Source: a bacterium ADurb.Bin157 | Lineage (GTDB): Bacteria > Muiribacteriota > Ozemobacteria > Ozemobacterales > Ozemobacteraceae | DNA: 64,000 nt | NCBI GenBank assembly: GCA_002070375.1 | Contig: MWDD01000013.1 | Span: 369 to 64,368, forward strand | Direction of reading: 5' to 3' | Shown: positions 55,692 through 64,000 of the stretch, one piece after another | Layout of the letters: every line of letters starts with the position of its first letter | Numbering within the stretch: position 1 is the stretch's first letter | Program-made: the position numbers and the translations under genes | Notes under the pieces: generated by a model | Seen by the model: only the letters and a program-made list of their open reading frames with translations | Told to the model about the DNA's origin: nothing | Database searches by the model: none

Positions 55692-57308
55692 ATGAAGGCA
55701 GTAAAATTTAATCGCATTAACACACAAGCAATTTTTGCAATTTTTTCTCTGTTACTGATCATTTCGCCTGTTTTAGGGCAAACCCCTTTTAGCGGCGCGC
55801 CAATAAGTGTCAATCAAAGCAGCGATTATAAATCTGAAACCACAGCCTCTGAAGATTTTTCAAACTCAGACTCGCCGTCTTATCTTGAGAATCTGACAGA
55901 AGAAGAATCCCGTTTATTGACTCTGGGTCTTTTGCCCGTATATTACCCCTCTCTAAAGCAATGCCTAGAGCAAAAAGAGCCTTTCACAGGCTCTAAGGGC
56001 GGCCTTAAAGCTTCTATAGATTTGTGTAAATCATATTACCCTCTTGCCAACGGGCATTTTTCAAGAAATTTTGGCAACCCTGAAAAAATGCTTGAATGGG
56101 CACGCCGCACCGAGAAAGACGAGAAACTCCGCAAATTGGTTTTGGCGAGTAAAGCGGGCGATGTTCTGCTAACAGGGCCCATAAAAGAAGAAGACATTAA
56201 CAAAAACCTTATCTGTTTAATGACCAAAGGCCCTTATTATCATGCTTCAATCGTTGTTGAAAGCACCCCGCCGGTTATAATTGAATCTGTCGGGGTTACG
56301 GGCTCGATCAGCGACCCTTATTCAAATAAAGTCAGAATGTCAATGTGGTATGAAGAGCTTAATTATTATTGTTTTGTAAAGCTCGTAAGACCCACCGAAA
56401 AAAAGAGCGACAAAGAAGCTCAAGAAATCATCAACAAAGCTCTGGGCTATTCCTATTTGCAATTAGGGCGCCCCTATGACTATTCTTTCACAGACAGCGA
56501 CGGGTCAAGCGCCTTTTATTGCAGCGAACTTGTGAGCAAAGCTTATGAATCCGGCGGCCTCGATATTGCTAACAAAAACGCCGAGCGGGATAAAATTGTA
56601 GTTGCCGTTCACGAAGTAATCGACGGCTTAAAACCCAAAGATAAAGTTAAGCTCTCTGACGACATTGTAAATTTTGCTCTGAGATACATCGAGAACCCCG
56701 ATTTTGATATGCTTCAAGACTTTATTGTGAATACCATCGTTCCAAGCTGTGAAGTTTTCTCAGAGATATTTCCTGACGAAAAATCTCTTGTTAAGCTTAA
56801 CAATGTTATAAATAAAGTAAGAGACGGGGATGCTTTTGACAATTTTTCAAAAGCATCGGGTGATTACAAGGCAAAAAAGGCAGCGGGCAAATTTGACGCA
56901 AAATTTGGGATTGGTTTTTTAAGAGAAAAGACAGCTCAAGTTGGCATTGCAGCGGGCTTTTTAAAAGACATGAACAATCTGGCCAATGATGCGGGCACCA
57001 ATTTACAAGAGACATTAATTTTAACCACAAAAATTTTACTGCCGTTGTATCAAAATTTGGGCACCTATGGCGAAATTTTGTCAGACTTGGGCAAAAACGG
57101 CGTGCAAATACCTCAAGGCGTGCAAACCATGCTTGAGATAATTGATTGGTCAGTAGAAAAACGCGAAGAAATCAGAAAATGGCCTATAATCGGTGAGCCC
57201 CTCTCGCAGCTTATGCCGGGCAGCGGCAACGGAAAAATCAGAACCGATTTTACCAGCCCGAGCGATATCGGCTATGGAGCCTCAGACTTTTCTTATACTT
57301 GGCCATAA
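55692..57308 (+). CDS. Secreted protein with a permuted papain-like (YiiX / peptidase C92-like) domain and a long C-terminal extension
   Basis: Signal peptide. His context YYHASIVVES and Cys context SSAFYCSELVSKAYE, resembling PF05708. Confidence 0.45.
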   Translation: MKAVKFNRINTQAIFAIFSLLLIISPVLGQTPFSGAPISVNQSSDYKSETTASEDFSNSDSPSYLENLTEEESRLLTLGLLPVYYPSLKQCLEQKEPFTGSKGGLKASIDLCKSYYPLANGHFSRNFGNPEKMLEWARRTEKDEKLRKLVLASKAGDVLLTGPIKEEDINKNLICLMTKGPYYHASIVVESTPPVIIESVGVTGSISDPYSNKVRMSMWYEELNYYCFVKLVRPTEKKSDKEAQEIINKALGYSYLQLGRPYDYSFTDSDGSSAFYCSELVSKAYESGGLDIANKNAERDKIVVAVHEVIDGLKPKDKVKLSDDIVNFALRYIENPDFDMLQDFIVNTIVPSCEVFSEIFPDEKSLVKLNNVINKVRDGDAFDNFSKASGDYKAKKAAGKFDAKFGIGFLREKTAQVGIAAGFLKDMNNLANDAGTNLQETLILTTKILLPLYQNLGTYGEILSDLGKNGVQIPQGVQTMLEIIDWSVEKREEIRKWPIIGEPLSQLMPGSGNGKIRTDFTSPSDIGYGASDFSYTWP

Positions 57309-58133
57309 ATTACCGAACATTTTAACTCGCAAAAACTGATCATCTAATGGGCGTGCAAAGGGAATAACAAAATGGTTTACTTTTGTTTCGCTCATTTGGT
57401 GCATTGTGTTGTAGCCGGCTCCCGAAAACACCGCAAAAGCTGTTTCAAATAGGTGATGCGCGTCAATTAAATCGTGGCATTGGTAGCTAAAAACATCGCT
57501 AATGCCCTTTTCTTGGCCTATAATTACAATATTTTTATCAATATTTTCGGTTTCGGCGATTTTTTCTGCAAATCTCACCAGCTGTTTAACTTCGCTTAGT
57601 TTTCCCGAATGGACCACCAGCAAACATTGTTTTGGCAATTCGACGATTGGAGCCCCCATCTTTGGGTAGGTTGGTCGCACCGTCGTCAGGTCAGCCCCCA
57701 TAGATTGTATCCATGCATATTGCTCTTCGCCTATCCTTTCGGCTAAGTTCACTTTTGTAAACTTTGGCAAACCGCCGTTCACCCGCTTCATATAATCGGC
57801 AAACTTAAGTATTCGCGCCGTGTATTCGCATTCTATCCCGAAGTCTGCGCTTAAATCTCTCAATTCGCCCAGCACACCGGCCGGAAAAGCGTCTATTATT
57901 ATTTTATCGGGTTTAATCTCATCAATAACCTCATATACCCATTTTTTTAAATGCGTGCTGTCAGCGCAGTCTTTATTTTCGGGCATAAAACACCCTGCCC
58001 CGTCGAGCTTAATCTTCCCGCTTCTGACCGCCTCGCAATTTGTTATAACATAGGGGCTGAGGCTTTCCCAAAGCGCAAGATGTCTATAAATATGACCTAA
58101 CCCGCCGCCCATGCAGTAGCAAAGAGTTTTCAA
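57282..58133 (-). CDS. Putative glycosyltransferase (MurG/GT28-like or PseG-like fold)
   Basis: 283 aa. The N-terminus CMGGGLGHIYR resembles a GT-B nucleotide-sugar binding loop. Weak assignment. Confidence 0.35.
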   Translation of the reverse strand: MKTLCYCMGGGLGHIYRHLALWESLSPYVITNCEAVRSGKIKLDGAGCFMPENKDCADSTHLKKWVYEVIDEIKPDKIIIDAFPAGVLGELRDLSADFGIECEYTARILKFADYMKRVNGGLPKFTKVNLAERIGEEQYAWIQSMGADLTTVRPTYPKMGAPIVELPKQCLLVVHSGKLSEVKQLVRFAEKIAETENIDKNIVIIGQEKGISDVFSYQCHDLIDAHHLFETAFAVFSGAGYNTMHQMSETKVNHFVIPFARPLDDQFLRVKMFGNLWPSIRKV

Positions 58134-58135
58134 GA

Positions 58136-58885
58136 TCAGTATCTCAGCAGTTCGTTAATAATAATTGCTCTAAGATCTGCCGGTATTTCGGTAAACAGCA
58201 CTATTCCGGGCGCCACAACATTTTTTGAGTCTTTGGTTATTATCACTTCTTCATTTTGTTCGTTTTTAACTTTAAGTTTTCCGTTATCGGGGTAAAACTT
58301 CACATCACCGATATTCTTGGCCTTGCGGTCTCTGATTTTGGACCTCTCAGGCGATGATTTAACAATTTCGAAAGCATTTTTGTTTTCTTCGTTATCGCTA
58401 ATTTTGACCTTATCTTCGTTTATTTTAACCTTCCAGAGCAGTTTATCAGAATCATCAAAAAGCTTAAAGCTGTCGCTTTTTCTTTTAACTTCCGCTATCA
58501 GCTGTTTATCGCTGTTATCTGCGGCCGTTTCTTTATACTTAAAATTGCCGGGCTTGTTCGAGCGCCCTTTAAAAACTCGCATTGTGCCATTGTCGTTAAG
58601 CGCGATTTTATCGTGATCGGCGTATTTTTTAAATGTTAATAGCGCCTTACCGTCAGGCGATTTAAAAACTACGGTTTGCTCGCCATTTTCTGCTTGTTCA
58701 CTCTCGGCGTCATCAAATGTTTTGCCTCTGACAGCATTTGCTTTTTCTTCAGCCTGTGCTGACCGCTCTGCTTGCTCGTTGTTCCCGCCGGATTTCGGCG
58801 TATCGCCGCCACAGCCTAATATCACGAAAACAGTAACCGCCAACAAAAAAATCAATGCAAAACTTTTGATTCTGAACGAACTCAT
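58136..58885 (-). CDS. Hypothetical lipoprotein (Lys/Glu-rich)
   Basis: Lipobox ILGCGG. No recognisable domain. Confidence 0.45.
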   Translation of the reverse strand: MSSFRIKSFALIFLLAVTVFVILGCGGDTPKSGGNNEQAERSAQAEEKANAVRGKTFDDAESEQAENGEQTVVFKSPDGKALLTFKKYADHDKIALNDNGTMRVFKGRSNKPGNFKYKETAADNSDKQLIAEVKRKSDSFKLFDDSDKLLWKVKINEDKVKISDNEENKNAFEIVKSSPERSKIRDRKAKNIGDVKFYPDNGKLKVKNEQNEEVIITKDSKNVVAPGIVLFTEIPADLRAIIINELLRY

Positions 58886-58897
58886 ATTATTTTTCCT

Positions 58898-60034
58898 TTA
58901 TAAACTTTTAAACAGGTCGCAATAGCTCTGTATTTCGATTTCAGCGGAAAATTCTTCACAAATATGCTTTTGCAAAATTTTACCTACCCTATCGCGGTCT
59001 TCTTTGGTCATCGCCGCTGCTACAGCCAAAGCTTCTATGCATCCGGCCGCGTTTCCGGGGAAAAAGGTAAGCGATGCCTGGGCAGCCGGCAAAACCTCTG
59101 CTATACCGCCTGTCTGTGCGGCAATCATAGGAACGCCCAATGCCCCTGCCTCTAACAACACATTCGGCATTCCGTCGTAATGTGAGGGCAACGCCACAAA
59201 GTCGCACGCGGGATAAACTCGTAACAGTTCGAAACGATCCATGAAGGGCAGAAATACGATATCAAAAAACTCTTCCCGCTCTTTTATCCAATCATTAACG
59301 CTCTTTTCAACATCTCCCACAACGATAAGGCTGAACTTTTCATTAAAGCCTGATTTGAGCATGTTTTCCAAAAAAAACACAACGCCTTTCTTTTCTTTGA
59401 TTTGCCCGATTATTCCGATTGTTGCGCGGCCAAGTCTGAAATTATCACGTCTGAAAGCCTCTGCCGCGACCAAATCTGAGGGATCGTAAAACCAATTTTC
59501 GCAAGATATGCCATTACAAATTTTAACGGCATTTGCCATGGGGAACATCAGTTCAAGCTTGTCTCGGGCTTCGCTGCTAAGCACAGAAACAGCATCGGAG
59601 GCGATAACAGCGTCTAACAGCAGCGGCCGTTTATTTGGTGTAAAAACGCTTAAATCAAAATCATTTCCGCGCAGCATAACTACGGCTTTAAGCTTGAGCC
59701 AAGCCTTAAATACCGGTAGCGCGATCATGGGCAATGTGCCGCCAAAAGCAAGTAAATGGGTGTGTTTTAAATCATTGCTCGGGTCAGATAAGTAGTTATA
59801 AAGGCAATTTAGTGCATGCGGCACCGAATCGCTAACGGGAACCGTTATCAAATTACCGTTTTGCTGCACAACCATTTTAAAAGAGGTTGCTCCGGCGCAA
59901 AAATACGCCACATCAACATAAAGGCCATTTTTTCTCAAGCCGTCGACTATTCTGTCACAAGATTGAGCCATCCCCCCTCGGCGAGGCGGGTAGTTTTCGG
60001 TTAAGCAGAGTATTTTAATCGACATATTTCGCAT
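58898..60034 (-). CDS. Glycosyltransferase family 4 (GT-B, group 1)
   Basis: 378 aa. N-terminal GT4 donor-side domain and a C-terminal EX7E-like region (PSHYDGMPNVLLEAGALGVP). Confidence 0.7.
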   Translation of the reverse strand: MRNMSIKILCLTENYPPRRGGMAQSCDRIVDGLRKNGLYVDVAYFCAGATSFKMVVQQNGNLITVPVSDSVPHALNCLYNYLSDPSNDLKHTHLLAFGGTLPMIALPVFKAWLKLKAVVMLRGNDFDLSVFTPNKRPLLLDAVIASDAVSVLSSEARDKLELMFPMANAVKICNGISCENWFYDPSDLVAAEAFRRDNFRLGRATIGIIGQIKEKKGVVFFLENMLKSGFNEKFSLIVVGDVEKSVNDWIKEREEFFDIVFLPFMDRFELLRVYPACDFVALPSHYDGMPNVLLEAGALGVPMIAAQTGGIAEVLPAAQASLTFFPGNAAGCIEALAVAAAMTKEDRDRVGKILQKHICEEFSAEIEIQSYCDLFKSL

Positions 60035-60043
60035 GTGTTTTTA

Positions 60044-60424
60044 TCAGCTGTCAAAGACGCTTTGGTCGTCGAAAGCCTCGGCCGGCGAATCATCGCCTTC
60101 GTCTGCGGTGTCAAAAGATCTTATATCGCTTTCGTCGAATCCGTCTATTGACAGATCAGAAATGCCGCTGTACATAGGCTGATAGTCTGAATCATTGTAG
60201 AATCGTCGCCGATACCCAAAGCACCAGACCGGGCCGTAGTAATAGTCGTCGGCTGTTTTACCAAATTCAGCCACACAGTCTAAGCAGCATGGGGCACCGG
60301 TTTCGGGGTGTCCTCGCATATGCCGCGCGCACACGTTTTTATTGCATATTGAGCACGTATGGTTTGTAGGGTTTTCACAATCTCTTAAGATAAAAAAGCC
60401 GGTTTTTACTTCGCATTTAGGCAT
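60044..60424 (-). CDS. Small Cys-rich protein with an acidic disordered tail
   Basis: 126 aa. Nine Cys in the first 55 aa (CEVK…C…C..C…CARH…CCLDC). C-terminal D/E/S-rich tail. Confidence 0.45.
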   Translation of the reverse strand: MPKCEVKTGFFILRDCENPTNHTCSICNKNVCARHMRGHPETGAPCCLDCVAEFGKTADDYYYGPVWCFGYRRRFYNDSDYQPMYSGISDLSIDGFDESDIRSFDTADEGDDSPAEAFDDQSVFDS

Positions 60425-61322
60425 GTTGTTTTCCTTTTCTTGCCGGCGACACGCTCATCATAAGTTTGCCAATGAGGGTAAGAGAAGCTTCCGGTATAAG
60501 CATTCCGTTATCTTTTTCGCAACGTATTGCCCGAGTCACAGTCAAACGCTGTTTTTTGTCGGATTCTTTAAGTTTAAGATTGTCATTTTTTCTGTTATTG
60601 GGGTTAAAATCAGGGGTTAAGGTAAATCTTTTACGGGCAAAATCTATAGAAACCGATACAATTTGCTTAACTTTTCGTTTATATTTTGTTTTAATTTTGT
60701 TGGATCTTGAATAATCAGTTTTTTTTCTGACATTAAGATTAGCAGTTATTTGTGTATCGAGGCAGGCTCCGTTTATGAGTTGAGCGCGAATCACAAGCCA
60801 TTTATGCATATATTTATTGTAAACAACCTTGGGATACTTCATAAAACCGGGGTCTTGATTGATTTCTTCTTTATGGTGCTCTTTGGCCTCATGGGTTGAA
60901 AAGTCGCCCATAACGAACATAGGCTCATCTTCGGCCATGTCTTGAGACAAAATGTTAATAAACGGAACGGCAAAATGCCATAAATTGTCGTCAAGATCAT
61001 ATCTTTTAATGAAAGCAAAAGTGGCCCAAAATAAAAAAGCGAACAGTAAGGCAGAACCGAAGCCGCCGAACATAACCTCGGGCGAGTCGACATATATGGC
61101 AAGGGCAAACCCTCCGATAATCGACAAAACAATCATGACAATAAACAGAACTTTTAGTTTTGGTTTTAAAGCATTGAGCAGCAAATCGAATTTAGTGATG
61201 GGCTTAAGAAAATCTAAGGTTTTGTTCGGCAGCTGATTTAGCTGAATTTTTTTATTTACGACAAAGTGTTTTTGTTCGTTATTTAGAGCGGAATAAGCCG
61301 ACAAAGCATCGAATAGAATCAT
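60417..61322 (-). CDS. Hypothetical membrane protein
   Basis: 301 aa with two or three central TMs (LFIVMIVLSIIGGFALAIYV, GSALLFAFLFWATFAFI). Confidence 0.45.
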   Translation of the reverse strand: MILFDALSAYSALNNEQKHFVVNKKIQLNQLPNKTLDFLKPITKFDLLLNALKPKLKVLFIVMIVLSIIGGFALAIYVDSPEVMFGGFGSALLFAFLFWATFAFIKRYDLDDNLWHFAVPFINILSQDMAEDEPMFVMGDFSTHEAKEHHKEEINQDPGFMKYPKVVYNKYMHKWLVIRAQLINGACLDTQITANLNVRKKTDYSRSNKIKTKYKRKVKQIVSVSIDFARKRFTLTPDFNPNNRKNDNLKLKESDKKQRLTVTRAIRCEKDNGMLIPEASLTLIGKLMMSVSPARKGKQHA

Positions 61323-61341
61323 ATAAAGTTATGGTTTCCTC

Positions 61342-62538
61342 TCATTTATTTCTATGATTATGCACGGCTCTTTCATAAACTTTCTCAAGTTTATTTAAAG
61401 AGTGTTCCCACGTGAGATTCTCTTTAATATATTTATACGCCTCTTCGCCTATTTCAGTCAACCTTTGGGGATTCATAACCAAAAGTCTTATTGCGCGGGC
61501 TAATTCTGAGGGTCTGTCCGGTCTGATTAAGATTCCGGTTTTATTATTCCGGATAATTTCTCTTGTTACAGGCAGATCTGCGGCCAACACCGTTTTTTTT
61601 GCGGCCATGGATTCGGTAATTTTTATCGGAGAGCACCCCTGAATGAGGTTTCGTTCGCATTCGGTCAGGGGGGCCACCGAGAACATAGCTCCTGAAAGCC
61701 AGTCTATAACTTCTTTTTGTGGCAATCTGAGGTTCCAAATTATTTTATCTTCGAGTTCCCATATTTTAGCGAGTTTCATTAAGTATTTTATTCGGGCTTT
61801 ACTTCCCGAAACGCACATAACGAGTTTTATTTCTGTCAGGTCTCGCAATAACTTCATGGCTTTAAGCAAAATTTCGACACCTTGCCAGGCCTGCACCGCG
61901 CCGATGTAGATTATGTATTTTTCGGGCGCCGACTGTGGTTTTACGGCGGTTTCTACAGCATTAATGCCGGCGCCGTTAGGTATTACCGTAATTTTATCTT
62001 CATTTTGTCCCAGGTTAATTAAGTTATTCTTTATAATCTGTGATGGACAAACTATTTCGTCACAGTTATCGAGGCAAAATTTTTCGTAACTTTTTATTTT
62101 TTTCAAGGTTGCGGGCAATATGGCGGAATAGCGCACAGGCAGTTCAATTGAGGGCAGTGCGTTGACTTCATAAATTATGGGGCACTTTTTGCGCAACGTA
62201 AGAATCAGGGGGACACCGCTCCAGGGGTCTCTGAAATGGGCGATTTGAAGGGCATCGCATTCTTGGGCTTTTGCATGGACGAATTGAGCGAACTCTAGCG
62301 CCCTTTCCAAAAAATTACGGGATTTAAGAGAGCATCTTTTGATTTGCGCGTCATCTTCGATTTGCCATCTGGGCATTGTTTCGTCGCCGAGGGCCAGCAG
62401 GAGGCCGCTTTTGTATTTGGCGAACATTCGCGCGCTGAACTCTCTGATATGCACCGCAGCCCCTTTTGGTGCGGGGTAGGCATCGAATGAGGCGTATATA
62501 GAGATTATTTTATTTTCGGTGATGTCGTGCCTCGGCAT
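61342..62538 (-). CDS. Glycosyltransferase family 4
   Basis: 398 aa, GT-B fold, C-terminal motif region (SPIKITESMAAKKTVLAADLP). Confidence 0.7.
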   Translation of the reverse strand: MPRHDITENKIISIYASFDAYPAPKGAAVHIREFSARMFAKYKSGLLLALGDETMPRWQIEDDAQIKRCSLKSRNFLERALEFAQFVHAKAQECDALQIAHFRDPWSGVPLILTLRKKCPIIYEVNALPSIELPVRYSAILPATLKKIKSYEKFCLDNCDEIVCPSQIIKNNLINLGQNEDKITVIPNGAGINAVETAVKPQSAPEKYIIYIGAVQAWQGVEILLKAMKLLRDLTEIKLVMCVSGSKARIKYLMKLAKIWELEDKIIWNLRLPQKEVIDWLSGAMFSVAPLTECERNLIQGCSPIKITESMAAKKTVLAADLPVTREIIRNNKTGILIRPDRPSELARAIRLLVMNPQRLTEIGEEAYKYIKENLTWEHSLNKLEKVYERAVHNHRNK

Positions 62539-62543
62539 ACGAG

Positions 62544-62987
62544 TTATGCGAAAAACTCGATCGGCAGCTTAAACACAGCTTTATGCACTTGTTGAGGTGC
62601 TTCAACGGCGACGCATGGCATATGAGCTTCGTTCGGGAAAAGAACCAAAGCATCGTTTTCTTTTAGCAAATGCTCTTTTCCGCCGTTTGGGGCAGTATAG
62701 AATTCGATATCTTTATCTGCGCAATAAGGCGTAGACACAGTGTTTTTGAGTTCTTCAACGGGTCTTACAATAATAATTTCCGTTCCGGACAAAATCATTT
62801 GAACATCAACAAATTTCTTGTGCGCTTCGAATCGGCGTTCAGTGCGCTTTTGGGTAATATATGTTTCAACATTTACGTATGCGCCGTCGTGCAAGTCATG
62901 CCGCCCGTTCAACAGGGCTTTTACATCTGTTTCAGCAATAAGTTTATAGACTTTAGGGAACTTGGTTTTTAGTGAAGTTATATTCAT
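62544..62987 (-). CDS. YhcH/YjgK/YiaL family protein (DUF386)
   Basis: 147 aa double-stranded beta-helix protein, similar to the EbgC/YhcH family. Confidence 0.6.
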   Translation of the reverse strand: MNITSLKTKFPKVYKLIAETDVKALLNGRHDLHDGAYVNVETYITQKRTERRFEAHKKFVDVQMILSGTEIIIVRPVEELKNTVSTPYCADKDIEFYTAPNGGKEHLLKENDALVLFPNEAHMPCVAVEAPQQVHKAVFKLPIEFFA

Positions 62988-63439
62988 GAAATTTTACGAT
63001 CTATTCAATATTTCGCTTTCGGTTAAGATCAAAGATGCTCTCTTCTTTTAGCAGCTATTTCTCATTATTCACGGTCATTTTAGCATATCGTTTACTAAAA
63101 CGCAAAACGTGAAGCCACTTCTCAAACGTCATACTTTACCTCCCAATTTTGCTTATTCACACGCAAAAAAATGAGCCTCTAAACATGAATTTTTTTTTTG
63201 CAAAAATGGGACAAACAATTTAAAAAAAATCACCTAAAAACGAAAAATCCCAAAAAACGTGGCAACAGCACCAACAATCCAAATGCCAAATATTACAACC
63301 ATATGGTTGAACCAAACCTTCGTAGGTCCGGGCAACTTGCCCGGACCAAAGTGCCTTGGGCTAATAATGTTAACAACGTCGAAAGGCTGAATGAGGTGTG
63401 GTATATTATTTTAAATGTCAACGTTACAATTCGGGGAAA

Positions 63440-63937
63440 ATGATTATGGAAAACTTTGTTAAAGCTACATTTGATGATGCTGCAGAGCTTGCCGGTTTGG
63501 CTGAAATAATATGGCGCGAGCATTATACGCCTATAATCGGCAAAGAGCAGGTTGAATACATGCTTGAAAACTTTCAGAGCCGCGAAGTTATAGGCTCACA
63601 GATAAATGAAGATGAACAAAGTTATTACCTGATTAAACTAAAAGGCGAAACTATCGGATATTTTTCCATCAAGCCACAAAACAACATGCTTTTTTTAAGC
63701 AAAATTTATATCTTAAAGGCTCACCGAAACAAGGGAATCGGCAAAACAGTGTTTCATTTTATAACCCACGAAGCGCGCACACTAGGCTTGAACGGTATTT
63801 ACCTAACCGTTAACAAAAACAACAAAAACAGCATAAAAGCATACGAAAATATGGGCTTAAAAATAGAATCGTCCGCTGTCACCGACATCGGCAACGGCTA
63901 CGTAATGGACGACTATATAATGGTTTACAGGCAATAA
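63440..63937 (+). CDS. GNAT family N-acetyltransferase
   Basis: The ORF track gives 63398-63937. The ATG at 63440 follows the SD GGGGA. GNAT motif ILKAHRNKGIGKTV. Confidence 0.65.
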   Translation: MIMENFVKATFDDAAELAGLAEIIWREHYTPIIGKEQVEYMLENFQSREVIGSQINEDEQSYYLIKLKGETIGYFSIKPQNNMLFLSKIYILKAHRNKGIGKTVFHFITHEARTLGLNGIYLTVNKNNKNSIKAYENMGLKIESSAVTDIGNGYVMDDYIMVYRQ

Positions 63938-63962
63938 AAAACCCGCTTATTAAGCGGGTTTC
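63938..63962. terminator. Hairpin terminator shared by the GNAT gene (+) and the tRNA (-)
   Basis: AAAAAACCCGCTTA-ttaa-GCGGGTTT. On the minus strand it is followed by a U-run, right after the tRNA 3' end. Confidence 0.6.
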
Positions 63963-64000
63963 GGTGGAGCTGATCGGGATCGAACCGACGACCTTTTGAA
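63963..64000 (-). tRNA. tRNA, 3' portion only (T-arm and acceptor). Identity undetermined.
   Basis: The minus strand reads ...GGTCGTCGGTTCGATCCCGATCAGCTCCA-CC: a T-stem/loop (GTCGG-TTCGATC-CCGAT), a 7-nt acceptor 3' strand and a discriminator A. The gene runs off the window end. Confidence 0.6.

Noticed and set aside
63198-63443. 81-aa ORF in the long intergenic region
   Set aside because: Composition is A/K/N-rich from an A-rich spacer, with no SD. The region more likely holds promoter or operator elements.

Overview
Gene-dense 64 kb chromosomal window from a diderm (Gram-negative-type) bacterium. GC content is moderate to low, and coding density is about 90% on both strands. The phylum cannot be determined from sequence alone. 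An LpxC-FabZ fusion, an unusual abundance of prepilin-type proteins and many SpoIIE/PP2C sensor proteins would fit an Elusimicrobia- or Spirochaete-like lineage, but this is a low-confidence guess.

Housekeeping blocks:
- 1-5146: chemotaxis cheB/cheR, rlmH, an MBL hydrolase, a DUF364 protein and an M42 peptidase.
- 29281-33687: nnr, yggU, an aphA-like phosphatase, cheW, rdgB and rph.
- 34647-40850: a classical outer-membrane/LPS cluster, bamA-like, skp, lpxD, an OMP gene, lpxC-fabZ and lpxA.
- 43602-49172: two GalT-like HIT nucleotidyltransferase paralogs in an operon with a heterodimeric ABC exporter.
- 50874-53484: a redox cluster with two TlpA-like thioredoxins and a hexaheme cytochrome c.
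- 57282-62987: a glycosyltransferase cluster.
- 63963-64000: a partial tRNA.

Two regions look accessory or novel:
- 5305-17238 is a secreted/pilin-like region. It contains a duplicated module: a secreted beta-propeller paralog, a very large PilX_N-like minor pilin (about 710 aa, with a beta-helix-like C-terminus), and two classical prepilin-type pseudopilins. Cell-wall-binding SH3b proteins and a CHASE2-PP2C sensor phosphatase sit alongside. No pilus assembly ATPase, platform or secretin lies in the window.
- 17413-29245 is a head-to-tail array of four paralogous membrane sensor phosphatases, each about 1000 aa. Each has TM1, a first periplasmic domain, a TM2/TM3 hairpin, a second periplasmic domain, TM4, a HAMP domain and a SpoIIE/PP2C domain. 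No STAS, anti-sigma or kinase partner is encoded nearby. With the CHASE2 protein, that makes five PP2C sensors in 20 kb.

Other points: an 830-aa coiled-coil/TM-hairpin protein sits beside bamA, a TGnTAGAAT extended -10 motif recurs, and several hairpins and palindromes are present.
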